Assembly (NCBI GenBank): GCA_963763775.1
Contig: CAVXPZ010000004.1
Coordinates: 352,001-416,000 of the forward strand
DNA from: an uncultured Chloroflexia bacterium
Lineage (GTDB): Bacteria > Chloroflexota > Limnocylindria > Limnocylindrales > CSP1-4
Length of the DNA: 64,000 nucleotides
Direction: 5' to 3'
Shown here: one piece after another, positions 10,306 to 20,003 of the stretch
Position numbering within the stretch: position 1 is the stretch's first letter
Layout: each line of letters begins with the position of its first letter
Notes under the pieces: model-generated
Databases searched by the model: none
What the model saw: the letters and a program-made list of their open reading frames with translations, nothing else
Told to the model about the DNA's origin: nothing
Program-made: the position numbers and the translations under genes

Positions 10306-11487
10306 TCAGACCATCCAGGTCGTTGCCGGCGCCGTCTCGAGGAGGATCGGCCGGTCGATCCGGAACTGCCCCAGGTCGCCGGCCGACGGCGAATCGCCGT
10401 CCAGGCTGAGCTCGGCCGCGATCCGTCCGAGCACGGAGGCGTACTTGAACCCGTGCGCGGCCCCGAGGACGACGGTGATGCCCGGCGCCTCCGGCAACCG
10501 GTCCACCACGAAGTCGCGATCCGGCGTCAGCGTGTAGAGGCAGGTCTTCGTCAGGATGTCCGGCCCGACGGCACCCGGGAGGTGGGCCTCCATGAAGGCC
10601 CGGACGCGAGCGTACGCCGGCTCGTCACGATCGAACGTCCGCCCGTCGGGGGTCGTCGGCTGGCCGCCGCAGTCCTGGGCCGCCTTGGGACCGGCCTCGC
10701 CGTACGTGGGGAACCCGTAGAACGACGGCTCGTCCATCCAGATCCAGACCGGGAACCGATCCGGCGCGAACGCGGCAGGGTCCGGCGCCGCGAAGTAGGT
10801 CACCTGCTCCTTCGTGACGGTCAGAGGCAGCTGTCGGCCGAACGGGGCGAGCAGCTCGTTCGTCCATGCGTCGGCCGCCAGGACCACCTTGCCGGCTCGG
10901 TGGACCGTGCCGCCCGCGTGGACTTCGAGCTCGCCGCCGACCTCGCGGATCGCCGTGACCGGGGTCCGGTCGAGCAGCGTCGCGCCGTGCGCCGTCGCGA
11001 GTCGCCGATGCGCGGCATTGCCCTTGTACGGGTCGGCCAGCCCGCCCTGGGCTTGCCACATCGCGGTGACGTCGTCGGTCACGCGCCACTGCGGCCACCG
11101 CCGTCGGACCTCGGCCGCGTCGAGCAGGTCGTACGGAACGCCCTCGGCAGTCAGGCTCTCGGTGTAATCCGCCTTCGGGATCGCCGGGTCGGCCGGCCAC
11201 AGGTCCAGCCCGCCCGTCACGGTCACGATCCGCTCGCCCAATTCCGCCTCGACCGCGGACCAAGTCTCGTAGGCACGCTTCGCCAGACGCACGTAGTCGG
11301 GACGGTGGTACGACAGTCGGATGATCCGGCTGTGGTCCGCGGAGGCGCCGTTCGCGTGTCCGAACTCGAATCGTTCGAGGCCAAGGACGCGCGCGCCAGG
11401 GCGAGTCGAGGCCCAGTAGGCAGCTCCGGACCCGAGCGCCCCGAGCCCGACGACGATGAGATCCCAGTCACGACGGTCGGCGGTCAT
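10306..11487 (-). CDS. solA: Monomeric sarcosine oxidase / N-methyl-L-tryptophan oxidase family
   Basis: GLGALG FAD motif, SRIIR, CLYT (flavinylated Cys) and HGFK. Confidence 0.85.
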   Translation of the reverse strand: MTADRRDWDLIVVGLGALGSGAAYWASTRPGARVLGLERFEFGHANGASADHSRIIRLSYHRPDYVRLAKRAYETWSAVEAELGERIVTVTGGLDLWPADPAIPKADYTESLTAEGVPYDLLDAAEVRRRWPQWRVTDDVTAMWQAQGGLADPYKGNAAHRRLATAHGATLLDRTPVTAIREVGGELEVHAGGTVHRAGKVVLAADAWTNELLAPFGRQLPLTVTKEQVTYFAAPDPAAFAPDRFPVWIWMDEPSFYGFPTYGEAGPKAAQDCGGQPTTPDGRTFDRDEPAYARVRAFMEAHLPGAVGPDILTKTCLYTLTPDRDFVVDRLPEAPGITVVLGAAHGFKYASVLGRIAAELSLDGDSPSAGDLGQFRIDRPILLETAPATTWMV

Positions 11488-11540
11488 GGCCGGATGGTAG
11501 GGCGGAGCGCGCGGTGCCGCTGTGCGTGTCCCGGATGAGC

Positions 11541-11584
11541 GTGCGCACGACCATGCACTATGATGTGCGCATGAACGTGCGCAC
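11541..11584 (+). promoter_or_regulatory. vapBC promoter/operator
   Basis: TATGAT at 11559-11564, 6 nt before ATG; GTGCGCA(C/T) palindromes at 11541, 11565 and 11577. Confidence 0.6.
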
Positions 11585-11825
11585 GAACCTGCTGCTGTCC
11601 GAGGAGCTCGTCAAGGAGGTCGACCACTTCGCCGGTCCGCGCGGCCGCAGCCGATACGTGACCGAGGCGCTGGAAGCCAGACTGCGACGAGACCGGCTCC
11701 GGGAAGCGATCGATGCCTCCGCTGGCCTTTGGAAGGACAACCCGCTGTTCCCGACCGACGAGTCCGTCGTCGAGTGGGTCCGCGAGGGGCGTCGCCAAAC
11801 GCGCGATCCGTGGGCCGATGACTGA
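11571..11825 (+). CDS. VapB-type antitoxin (ribbon-helix-helix)
   Basis: MNVRTNLLLSEELVKEVD..RSRYVTEAL; overlaps the PIN toxin start. Confidence 0.8.
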   Translation: MNVRTNLLLSEELVKEVDHFAGPRGRSRYVTEALEARLRRDRLREAIDASAGLWKDNPLFPTDESVVEWVREGRRQTRDPWADD

Positions 11826-12205
11826 TGGCGGTCTATCTGCTGGACGCCTCCTTCCTGATCGACCACCTCCGCGGAGTCACCGCGGCAACAGATCGATTCC
11901 GCGCGATCAACGAAGGCGGCGAGACCTTGCTGGTCTGCGACGTCTCCGCCGCGGAGGTGTGGTCAGGTCGCCGGTCGGAACACCGCGAGGTCGACCGACT
12001 CCTGCGCTATCTCGAGTTCGTCCAGCCAGGGCCCGCGACATCGAAGCTGGCGGGCGTCTGGCGCGCAGATGCGCGGCTCCGAGGCCGATCGCTGGACATC
12101 CCCGATGCGCTCATCGCCGCCAGTGCCTTCGAGCTTGGAGCGGCCGTCCTGACCCGGAACGTGCGCGACTTCGAGTCGACCCCCGTCCGGATCGAGACCT
12201 ACTGA
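11825..12205 (+). CDS. vapC: VapC PIN-domain toxin
   Basis: LLDAS, AEV, PDALIAASA and TRNVRDF acidic PIN motifs. Confidence 0.9.
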   Translation: MAVYLLDASFLIDHLRGVTAATDRFRAINEGGETLLVCDVSAAEVWSGRRSEHREVDRLLRYLEFVQPGPATSKLAGVWRADARLRGRSLDIPDALIAASAFELGAAVLTRNVRDFESTPVRIETY

Positions 12206-12786
12206 GGGTCGGTCGGCCCGGCACGACGGTCCAGCGCGACCCGCTGGATGGCCACGACGCTCATGGCGTCGGAGATCCGGCCGTCGAACGTCATCGCCAG
12301 TGCGTCCTCGAACGGGACCCATCGGATCGCGAGCGCCTCCGTCGGCTCGGGCTCCGCGTCGCCGTGGATCAGCCCGGTCGCCAGGTACAGCACGGCGACC
12401 TCGTCGCTGACCGAGTTCGAGAGGTCCACTCGGACGAGCTCCCGCCACTCGGTCGCCTCGACCCCGGTCTCCTCCCGGAGCTCGCGCTGCGCCCCGGCGA
12501 GCGGGTCCTCCCCGTCAGGCACGCCACCCTCCGGGATCTCCCACGAATACCGGTCCAACGTGTAGCGGTATTGGCCGACGAGGACGATCCGGTCCGCTAC
12601 ATCGATCGCGACGACGCCGGCCGCGACGTTCGCGAAATGGACGACGCCGTAGATGCCCGCGCTGCCGTCGGGTCGAGTGACCTCGTCGTGGTAGATCGTG
12701 ATCCACGGGTTCTCGTACGCGAGCCGGCGTGATGTCTGGAACCAGTCACGGGCGTCGTCGGGGCTCGGGGTCGGCAGGTCCTCCAT
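12199..12786 (-). CDS. NUDIX hydrolase (ADP-ribose pyrophosphatase-like)
   Basis: GGVPDGEDPLAGAQRELREETG Nudix box; QYRY..WEIP. Confidence 0.9.
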   Translation of the reverse strand: MEDLPTPSPDDARDWFQTSRRLAYENPWITIYHDEVTRPDGSAGIYGVVHFANVAAGVVAIDVADRIVLVGQYRYTLDRYSWEIPEGGVPDGEDPLAGAQRELREETGVEATEWRELVRVDLSNSVSDEVAVLYLATGLIHGDAEPEPTEALAIRWVPFEDALAMTFDGRISDAMSVVAIQRVALDRRAGPTDPQ

Positions 12787-12854
12787 CGCCGCATCGTCGC
12801 ACGCGGCGGTCGGCCGTGCCCGGCCGCGGGCCGTCGCCCGTAGACTCGCCGACC

Positions 12855-14934
12855 ATGACGACCGAGGATCGCCGCGCCAGCCCGCCGACGCGGGCCCCCC
12901 TCGTCGAGTGGGACGTCCGGATCCGCGCCCGGGACGGCATCGAGCTCTCCGCGAACATCTGGCGGCCGGCTGACGCCGTCGGCGATGACGGCCGGGTGCC
13001 GGCCATCCTCGAGATGATCCCGTACGGCAAGGACAACTGGCGCCGCAACGCCGACACGGCTCGGGGCGAGTGGTTCGCCGCCCGCGGCTATGCCCTGTGC
13101 CGGGTCGATGTCCGCGGGACCGGGTCGTCGGACGGCGTCGCCCTCGACGAGTACACCGCGGTCGAGACGCAGGACGGGTACGACGCGGTCGAATGGCTTG
13201 CGGCGCAGCCGTGGTGCACCGGCCAGGTGGGGATGTGGGGCATCAGCTACGGGGGCTTCACCGCGATCCAGGTGGCGGCGCTCCGGCCGCCGCACCTCAA
13301 GGCGATCGTCCCCGTCCAGGCCACCGACGATCGCTACCGCACCGACGTCCACTACATCGGCGGCTGCGTCACCGCGAGCGAGCTCTCCCAGTACGCCGTC
13401 AGCCAGGTCGCGATGAACGCGATGCCGCCGGACGCGGCCTTCCGCGGTCCGGGCTGGCTTGACGAGTGGCGTTCGCGACTCGAGGCCACGCCCCCCTGGC
13501 TGATCGAGTGGGTCCGCCAGCAGGCCGACGGGCCGTATTGGCGCACCGGCTCGCTCGCCCCCGACTACGACGCCATCGAGGCGGCGATCCTGAGCGTCGG
13601 CGGCTGGAACGACGCCTACGTCGACGCGGCCTTCCGGATGCAGGCCCGGTGCAGCGCCGCCGCACCGCACGCTCGTCGGGAACTGGGTCCACGGGTGGCC
13701 CTCGAGCGCGAACCCGGGGCCGAACCTCGATGAACTCCACGAGGTCGCGCGGTTCTTCGATCGATGGCTGAAGGGCGAGACGAACGGCATCGACGACGAG
13801 CCGGCGGTCGTCTGGTTCGAGCGCGACTACGCCGAGCCGGAACCCTATCCGGCCGAGTGGCCGGGCCGCTGGCGCGCCGCGACCGCCTTCCCGCACCCAT
13901 CGACGCGCGAGGTCGCGTGGTGGTTCACCGGCGGGCCGCTGCCGTCCGTGGGCGGCCTGGCGCCGGAGGGCGACTCGATGCCGATCGCGACCGGCATCGA
14001 CCGCTACCGGCATCGGCCGGCACTCGGGACCCGCGCCGGTCTGTCGTGGGGGTCGGGCAGCGAGCCAAACGGGCTCGCGCGGGACCTCCGCCCGGACGAG
14101 AGCCTGGGTCCGACCTATACGAGCGAGCCGTTGGTCGAGCCGGTGTCGGTCTTGGGCGAGCCGATCGTCGTGCTCCACCTCGCAGTCGACGCGACCGTCG
14201 CGACGGCGGTGGTCCGCCTGACCGACGTGGCCCCGGACGGCACGTCCTCCTGGGTCAGTGCCGGGATCCTGAACCTCACGCACCGGCGGTCCGACACCGA
14301 CCCGGAGCCGATGCCCCTCGGTGGCGTGGAGGAGGTCCGCGTCCCGCTCCGGCACGCCGGCTACCGATTCGCGCCCGGCCATCGCATCCGCGTCTCGGTG
14401 GCGTCCTCGGCCTGGCCGGTGATCTGGCCGTCCCCCTATCCGGCCACCTTCCAGCTGCACCGCGGGCCGGCGACGCCGTCCCGGCTGGTGCTCCCGGTCA
14501 TCCCGGACGAGACGGTCGCGGGCGATCCGGACGTCCCGGCCTTCAAGACCACGCCACCGGACCTCCGGGATGTCGGCGGCGAGGGGATCTACGACGAGCC
14601 GGCGTGGACGATCGAGGAGGACGTCATCCGCGGCACGACCGCCGTGACGATCCATGACGGCGGTGAGGACGTCCTCGAGGACGGTCGACGGCTCTATGCG
14701 GCCGAGACCCTGCGGCTCACGGCGTCGGACCGCGAGCCCGCGACGGCGACGCTCGATGCCGACGTCGTCTACCGCTGGACGGACGCCGGACGAGCGATCG
14801 AGATCCGCGCCCGGAGCCTCCAGACGAGCGACGTCGCGGCCTTCGACCTGACGGTCGACCTCGATGTGACCCTCGACGGCGAGCCGTTCTTCGATCGGTC
14901 CTGGCAGGAGCGCATCCCGCGGCGACTCGTCTAG
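12855..14934 (+). CDS. CocE/NonD family hydrolase (frameshift at about 13660)
   Basis: PYGK, DVRGTGSSDG, WGISYGG and GGWND; C-terminal PepX_C-like domain in the frame ending 14934. Confidence 0.85.
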
Positions 14935-15110
14935 CGGGCGGTGCGCCGGGCGGTGCGCCGACGCGCTGACCCATCTGCCGCGCCCGACCGGGCGGATGGT
15001 CGGGGTGGGCGTCTCCCGCGAGCCTCGACATACTTGGGCGACCCCCGGGTGCTGCGCCGCTCACCGGCGCCGACCGAACACCGCCGTCTCGACGGCAGGA
15101 GGCACGGGTC

Positions 15111-15960
15111 TTGCTGTTCCCCACGACCGACGTCCGACCGACTTCGCCATCCCGATCGATGCGCCTGCGTGGCGCTGGCGGTCCTCGCCGCTGTCGTCGC
15201 CGTGGGCGCGATCGCCCTGGCCCCGAGGCCGATGGCCGCGGCGGCGGCGGTCAAGGTGGTCGTGGTGGTCGGTCCAGTCGAAGGCAACACGGCTCGCTAT
15301 GTCCGGATCGGGAAGTCCTACGCCGCGCTGGCGCGCTCGTACGGCGCCCAGGTCGTCGAGGTCTACAGCCCGCGGGCGACGTGGTCGAAGGTCAAGGCCG
15401 CCGCGAAGGGCGCCGACGTCTTCATCTACCTCGGCCACGGCAACGGGTATCCGAGCCCGTACGGGCCGATGTCCGCCGCGCGGCGCAACGGGATGGGGCT
15501 GAACGCCTCGTTGTCGCACGGCAATTCGAACGTCAAGTATTACGGGCAGTCACCGGTCTCGACCGGGCTCGACCTGGCGCCGAACTCCGTCGTGCTGCTC
15601 AACCACCTCTGCTACGCCTCCGGCAATTCCGAGCCGGGACGCGCCAAGCCGGGACCCGGCACGGCCAGGCAGCGTGCCGACGGGTACGGCACCGGGTTCC
15701 TGCGGACCGGCGCGCGGGCCGTCTTCGCCAACGGGCACGGGAGCCTGTCCTCCGTGCTCACCGACATCTTCACGAGCGACAAGACCGTCGCCCAGATGTT
15801 CCAGGACGACCACGCGTTCGTCGGGACCCGGGACTACACCTTCGCCTCGAAACACACGTCGTGGGCGACCGTCTGGATGGATCCGTCACCCGGCGCCGCC
15901 TACTACCACTCGCTCAACGGCGACCTCACGCTGACCGCGGCCCAGATCCGCGGCGGCTGA
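15111..15960 (+). CDS. Secreted protein, putative clan CD (caspase/gingipain-fold) cysteine peptidase; probable frameshift at about 15165
   Basis: AGGAGG SD before TTG 15111; signal-like hydrophobic stretch; IYLGHG and LLNHLCYASG motifs in the frame ending 15960. Confidence 0.6.
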
Positions 15961-16043
15961 GACGGCCGCCGGCCGTCCGCTCGACCTCGGCAGGGCGTCG
16001 CGGGACGGTCCGTCGGGCGGCCAGCCCGCTACACTCTCGCGCC

Positions 16044-17222
16044 ATGACGCACGCACGCATCTCGGCGAAGGCGGCCAGCTTCACCGAGTCGGTCATCCGC
16101 GAGATGAACCGGCAGGCGACGATCCGTGGCGCGGTCAGCCTGGCCCAGGGGTTCCCCGATTTCGCGTGTCCGCCCGAACTCAAGGCGGCGGCCGCGGCGG
16201 CCGTCCACGAGGACATCAACCAGTACGCGATCACCTGGGGCGCCAAGACGCTTCGCGACGCGATCGCGTCCTCGACCGTGGCGCACTTCCCGGGCTGGGG
16301 CGCCATCGATCCCGAGACGCAGGTCACGGTGACGTGCGGCGCGACCGAGGCGATGGTCGCGGCGATGCTCGGTCTGCTCGACCCCGGCGACGAAGTCATC
16401 GTGTTCGAGCCCTACTACGAGAACTACGGGCCGGACGCGATCCTGTCCGGGGCCGTGCCTCGCTACGTCACCCTCCACGAGCCCGACTGGTCGATCGATC
16501 CGGACGAACTCCGCGCGGCGTTCGGACCGAAGACGCGCGGCATCGTCATCAACTCCCCGCACAACCCCACCGGCAAGGTATTCACGCACGACGAGCTCAC
16601 CTTGATCGCCGGCCTGTGCGTCGAGTTCGACGTCATCGCCTTCACGGACGACATCTACGAGCACATCGTCTTCGAGGGCGAGCACATCCCGCTCGCGACG
16701 CTGCCCGGGATGGCGGACCGCACGGTCTCCATCCACTCGATGTCGAAGTCGTACTCCGTGACCGGCTGGCGTATCGGCTGGACGATCGCCGCGCCGGACC
16801 TGACCGTCGGGATCCGGCGGGTCCACGACTTCCTGACGGTCGGGGCCGCCGCACCGCTCCAGGCAGCGGCCGTCGTCGCGCTCGGCTTCCCGCAGGCCTA
16901 TTACGACGACCTCGTGGCCGGCTACCGGGCGCGGCGCGACCTGCTGCTGCCGGCCTTGCACGCTGCGGGGTTCCGCGTGTCCGACCCGGCCGGCGCGTAC
17001 TACGTCATGACCGACATCCGCGACCTGACCGACGAGGACGACGTCACGTTCGCGATGCGGCTCATCGACGACCCGGGGGTCGCGGCCGTCCCGGGCTCGT
17101 CGTTCTACTCGGACCCGCGGCTCGGCCGGACGAAACTCCGGTTCGCGTTCCCCAAGCGCGACGAGACGCTGCGAGCGGCGGCTGACCGTCTCGCGCGCAT
17201 CGAGGCCGCCGTCCGGCCCTGA
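16044..17222 (+). CDS. PLP-dependent aminotransferase class I/II
   Basis: LAQGFPD, NSPHNPTG, DDIY and SMSKSYSVTGWRIG. Confidence 0.92.
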   Translation: MTHARISAKAASFTESVIREMNRQATIRGAVSLAQGFPDFACPPELKAAAAAAVHEDINQYAITWGAKTLRDAIASSTVAHFPGWGAIDPETQVTVTCGATEAMVAAMLGLLDPGDEVIVFEPYYENYGPDAILSGAVPRYVTLHEPDWSIDPDELRAAFGPKTRGIVINSPHNPTGKVFTHDELTLIAGLCVEFDVIAFTDDIYEHIVFEGEHIPLATLPGMADRTVSIHSMSKSYSVTGWRIGWTIAAPDLTVGIRRVHDFLTVGAAAPLQAAAVVALGFPQAYYDDLVAGYRARRDLLLPALHAAGFRVSDPAGAYYVMTDIRDLTDEDDVTFAMRLIDDPGVAAVPGSSFYSDPRLGRTKLRFAFPKRDETLRAAADRLARIEAAVRP

Positions 17223-17401
17223 CCGCCGTCAGAGGCGGGGTGCGAGCGCATGCAGGGACGCCACTCACAGTACCTGTTTCGACACGAACTCCTCGTGGAT
17301 CGACGAAGATTGACCGAACGCGTCGGATCGTAGGCACGACCACGCTTAGATGTTCGCGAACCGGTACTGGCCGTACCGTGCCCCGCGTCGGGACGGCTGT
17401 C
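17221..17401 (+). ncRNA. Candidate structured ncRNA (181-nt rod-like hairpin, 6S-sized)
   Basis: Nested complementary helices over the whole span between convergent genes; tandem G-U pairs favour the + strand. Confidence 0.4.
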
Positions 17402-17435
17402 TCGGATCGAGGCGACCGTCCGCTCCTGAGCCTCG

Positions 17436-18944
17436 TCAGAGGCGCGCGATCGCGTCCGCGATGACCCGGCGGGCGTCGCTCGCGTCGAGCCGCGCGAGCG
17501 GGTCGGGGTCGATCCGGTGCTCGGCCATCAAGCCGCCCTTCCGGGTGAACAGGATCGGGTAGATGGCCCCGGACCCGTCCGCCTCGAGGGTCGCGGCGAC
17601 CGCGTCCGCCCCCTCCGCATCCAGGATGTGCGACAGGGGCTGGATGCCCTCGTCCCGGAACCCGCCAGCCGGGTCGACGGTGAGCAGCCGGGCGAGATAG
17701 CCGCGCTGATGGAAGACGTCCGGCCCCTCCGCCAACTCGGTGACCAGGCTGTCCACCACGTCCGACGGCGCGATCAGCGGCCGGGCGACCTCGACGCCGT
17801 AGCGTGTCGACGCGATGTGCCGTGCGAGCACGCGGGCGTTGTACCTCGCCCCATGGACCGCCCCGGAGTTGGCCGGCAAGCCGTGCCGTTGGAGGCCCTT
17901 CGCGGCCTGGCCGAGCGTCCCGGCGACGAAGATCCCGGGGAGCGTCGTGCTCTCCCACCATGCCGACACGACCGGCAGCCGGCTCGCGCCGAACGTGGTC
18001 AGCCCGAGGTCGGGGAGGTCGCCGAGCGGCGCCACGAACCCCGTGGCCGAGATGACGTCATCCACGGTGACGAGAACGTCGCCCGCCCCGTCGGTCCGCC
18101 GGAGCCGGACGTCGAGCGCGCCGTCGGCCGTCCGCTCCACGCGGTCGATCGCCGCATCGAGGATCGACACGCCCCCGCCCAGCACGTGGTCCTCGTATGG
18201 CTGCACGTAGCGGGCACGGACGCCGACGAGCGACTTCGTGTCCACCGACAGCTTCGCGTGCGATGGCGAGACCAGGATGATCTGGCGCGCCCACGGCAGG
18301 AGCCCGTTGGCCAGCTCGAACCCGGAGTTCTGCTTGCCGATGATGCAGATCCGCCGACCCGCGTATGTCTCCGCCGGACGGACGTCCGCGTAGTGATAGG
18401 CGAACTCCATCCCGGGCCCGGGCGGCGTGTACGGCTCGGCGACCCCGACGGCGAGGACCAGGGTGCCGCAGGTGTAGGTCCCGTCGGTGGTCTCGACCGC
18501 GAACCGGTCACCGCCTTCCGGCCCGTCGAGGAGCCGCGTGCCTGTCCACCGGCAGTCGTAGCGGATCTCGAGCTTCGCCCGTTCCGCGAAGGCCGCGAGG
18601 TTGGCCTCCATCTCGGGGCGGGACGGGAAGTACGACGAGCCGTCCATGAACGTCGGGGCGATCGCGCAGGTCTCGGGCTCCTCGCCAAGCAGGCTGTTCC
18701 AGTCGAACCGCTCGTACGCCGGCGTCCCGCGTTCGGCCGGCGCGTAGGGCTTGGTCCACGACAGCAGTCGCTGGAAGAACGGCCAGCGCCGGAACATCCC
18801 GCCGGCCGACGGGTCGGCCGACAGCACGGCGTGCGAGACGCCGTGCCGGCGCAGCGAATAGGCGACCTGCAGTCCGCCGGGTCCGCTGCCGATGACGATG
18901 ACCGGATAGGACCCGGGCGGGAACGGGCGCGTCAGCTCCGCCAT
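17436..18944 (-). CDS. FAD/NAD(P)-dependent oxidoreductase, FOXRED2-like
   Basis: GSGPGG, DWNSLL, YFP, IIGKQNSGFE, ATG and HGARYNAR. Confidence 0.8.
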   Translation of the reverse strand: MAELTRPFPPGSYPVIVIGSGPGGLQVAYSLRRHGVSHAVLSADPSAGGMFRRWPFFQRLLSWTKPYAPAERGTPAYERFDWNSLLGEEPETCAIAPTFMDGSSYFPSRPEMEANLAAFAERAKLEIRYDCRWTGTRLLDGPEGGDRFAVETTDGTYTCGTLVLAVGVAEPYTPPGPGMEFAYHYADVRPAETYAGRRICIIGKQNSGFELANGLLPWARQIILVSPSHAKLSVDTKSLVGVRARYVQPYEDHVLGGGVSILDAAIDRVERTADGALDVRLRRTDGAGDVLVTVDDVISATGFVAPLGDLPDLGLTTFGASRLPVVSAWWESTTLPGIFVAGTLGQAAKGLQRHGLPANSGAVHGARYNARVLARHIASTRYGVEVARPLIAPSDVVDSLVTELAEGPDVFHQRGYLARLLTVDPAGGFRDEGIQPLSHILDAEGADAVAATLEADGSGAIYPILFTRKGGLMAEHRIDPDPLARLDASDARRVIADAIARL

Positions 18945-19354
18945 CGGTTCGCGGCCCGCAGCCGGCGTGCCTGGGCCTGGAGCATCCGGAACATGACGCG
19001 CGGATGCGTGATGAGGAAGCCCTCGACGGCCGGGCCGGCGAGGACCAGGCAGCGCATGGGTCGGGTGACGACCACGTCGGCGATCGGCGTCTCTCCCAGC
19101 AGGATCGACACTTCCCCGAAGAAGTCGCCACGAGCCAGGCGGGCACGCTCGGTGCCGTCGACGACGATCGCGGCCTCGCCCTCGAGGATCACGTGGAACC
19201 CCGACCCGGAGAGCCCCTGACGGAGGACGCGCTCGCCCTCGCTGAAGACCGCCTCATCGAAGGTATGGACGATCCCTTCGAGCTGCGGCGACGTCAGGTC
19301 CGCGAACAGCGCGAACCCGGCGATCGCATCCATGAGTTCCTCGCGACCGGCCAT
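18932..19354 (-). CDS. Stand-alone cyclic-nucleotide-binding domain protein (phosphate-binding Arg absent)
   Basis: LFADL, GERVLRQG and FFGEVSILLGETPIADV; no HTH. Confidence 0.85.
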   Translation of the reverse strand: MAGREELMDAIAGFALFADLTSPQLEGIVHTFDEAVFSEGERVLRQGLSGSGFHVILEGEAAIVVDGTERARLARGDFFGEVSILLGETPIADVVVTRPMRCLVLAGPAVEGFLITHPRVMFRMLQAQARRLRAANRWRS

Positions 19355-19481
19355 CCGATCCCCTCTCGCGCGTACGCGTGCGACCCTGTCGTCCGTCTTC
19401 GCACATCGTGCCACCATCCGCGTCGACGTGGAGGCCGGACGTGCGGCCGGGAGGGCCTTCCGGCCCGGCGGCGCGCTCGTG

Positions 19482-19510
19482 TTGACGCCCCCGTCACGGC
19501 AGCGCAGCAT
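19482..19510 (+). promoter_or_regulatory. Putative sigma70 promoter of the cNMP-binding/cyclase operon
   Basis: TTGACG-N17-CAGCAT; TGACG-N4-CGTCA inverted repeat over the -35. Confidence 0.4.
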
Positions 19511-19552
19511 GGCAGTCGAGGCGCGGCCATCCCCAGGCCGACGGGAGGATGC

Positions 19553-19981
19553 ATGACCCTGACCAGCGACCGACGCGTGGCGCTCCTGGCGGCGACGCCG
19601 CTGTTCGCGGACCTCGACCCTGCCGGCATGCAGATGATCGCGGAGCGGGCGATCGAGGTGGCGTTCGACGGCGGTCACGTCATCGCGCGCCAGGGCGACA
19701 TCGGGACCGGGTTCTTCGTGATCGTGAGCGGTGCCGTCCGGGTCGTCCGGGACGGGCAGGAGGTCGCGCGCCTCGGCCAGGGCGAGTTCTTCGGCGAGTT
19801 GTCGGTCCTCGACGGCCGGCCGCGGACCGCCCAGGTCGTCGCCGACGGCCCGACGACGTGCCTGGCGCTCGCCTCGTGGGACTTCGAGGCGGTCGTCGGC
19901 GCCCAGCCGGCGGTCGCCCTCGCCGTCATGCGAGTCCTCGCCCGTCGCCTTCGGGACCTGACCGAAGGGTCCCGGCACTGA
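19553..19981 (+). CDS. Stand-alone cyclic-nucleotide-binding domain protein (canonical cassette)
   Basis: GGAGG SD; PLFADL, RQGD and FFGELSVLDGRPRTAQV. Confidence 0.88.
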   Translation: MTLTSDRRVALLAATPLFADLDPAGMQMIAERAIEVAFDGGHVIARQGDIGTGFFVIVSGAVRVVRDGQEVARLGQGEFFGELSVLDGRPRTAQVVADGPTTCLALASWDFEAVVGAQPAVALAVMRVLARRLRDLTEGSRH

Positions 19982-20003
19982 CGCGACCACCGCGATCCGC
20001 CCG

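Noticed and set aside
14936-14959. 12-bp tandem repeat GGGCGGTGCGCC x2 after cocE
   Set aside because: Short and GC-rich, only two copies, no functional context
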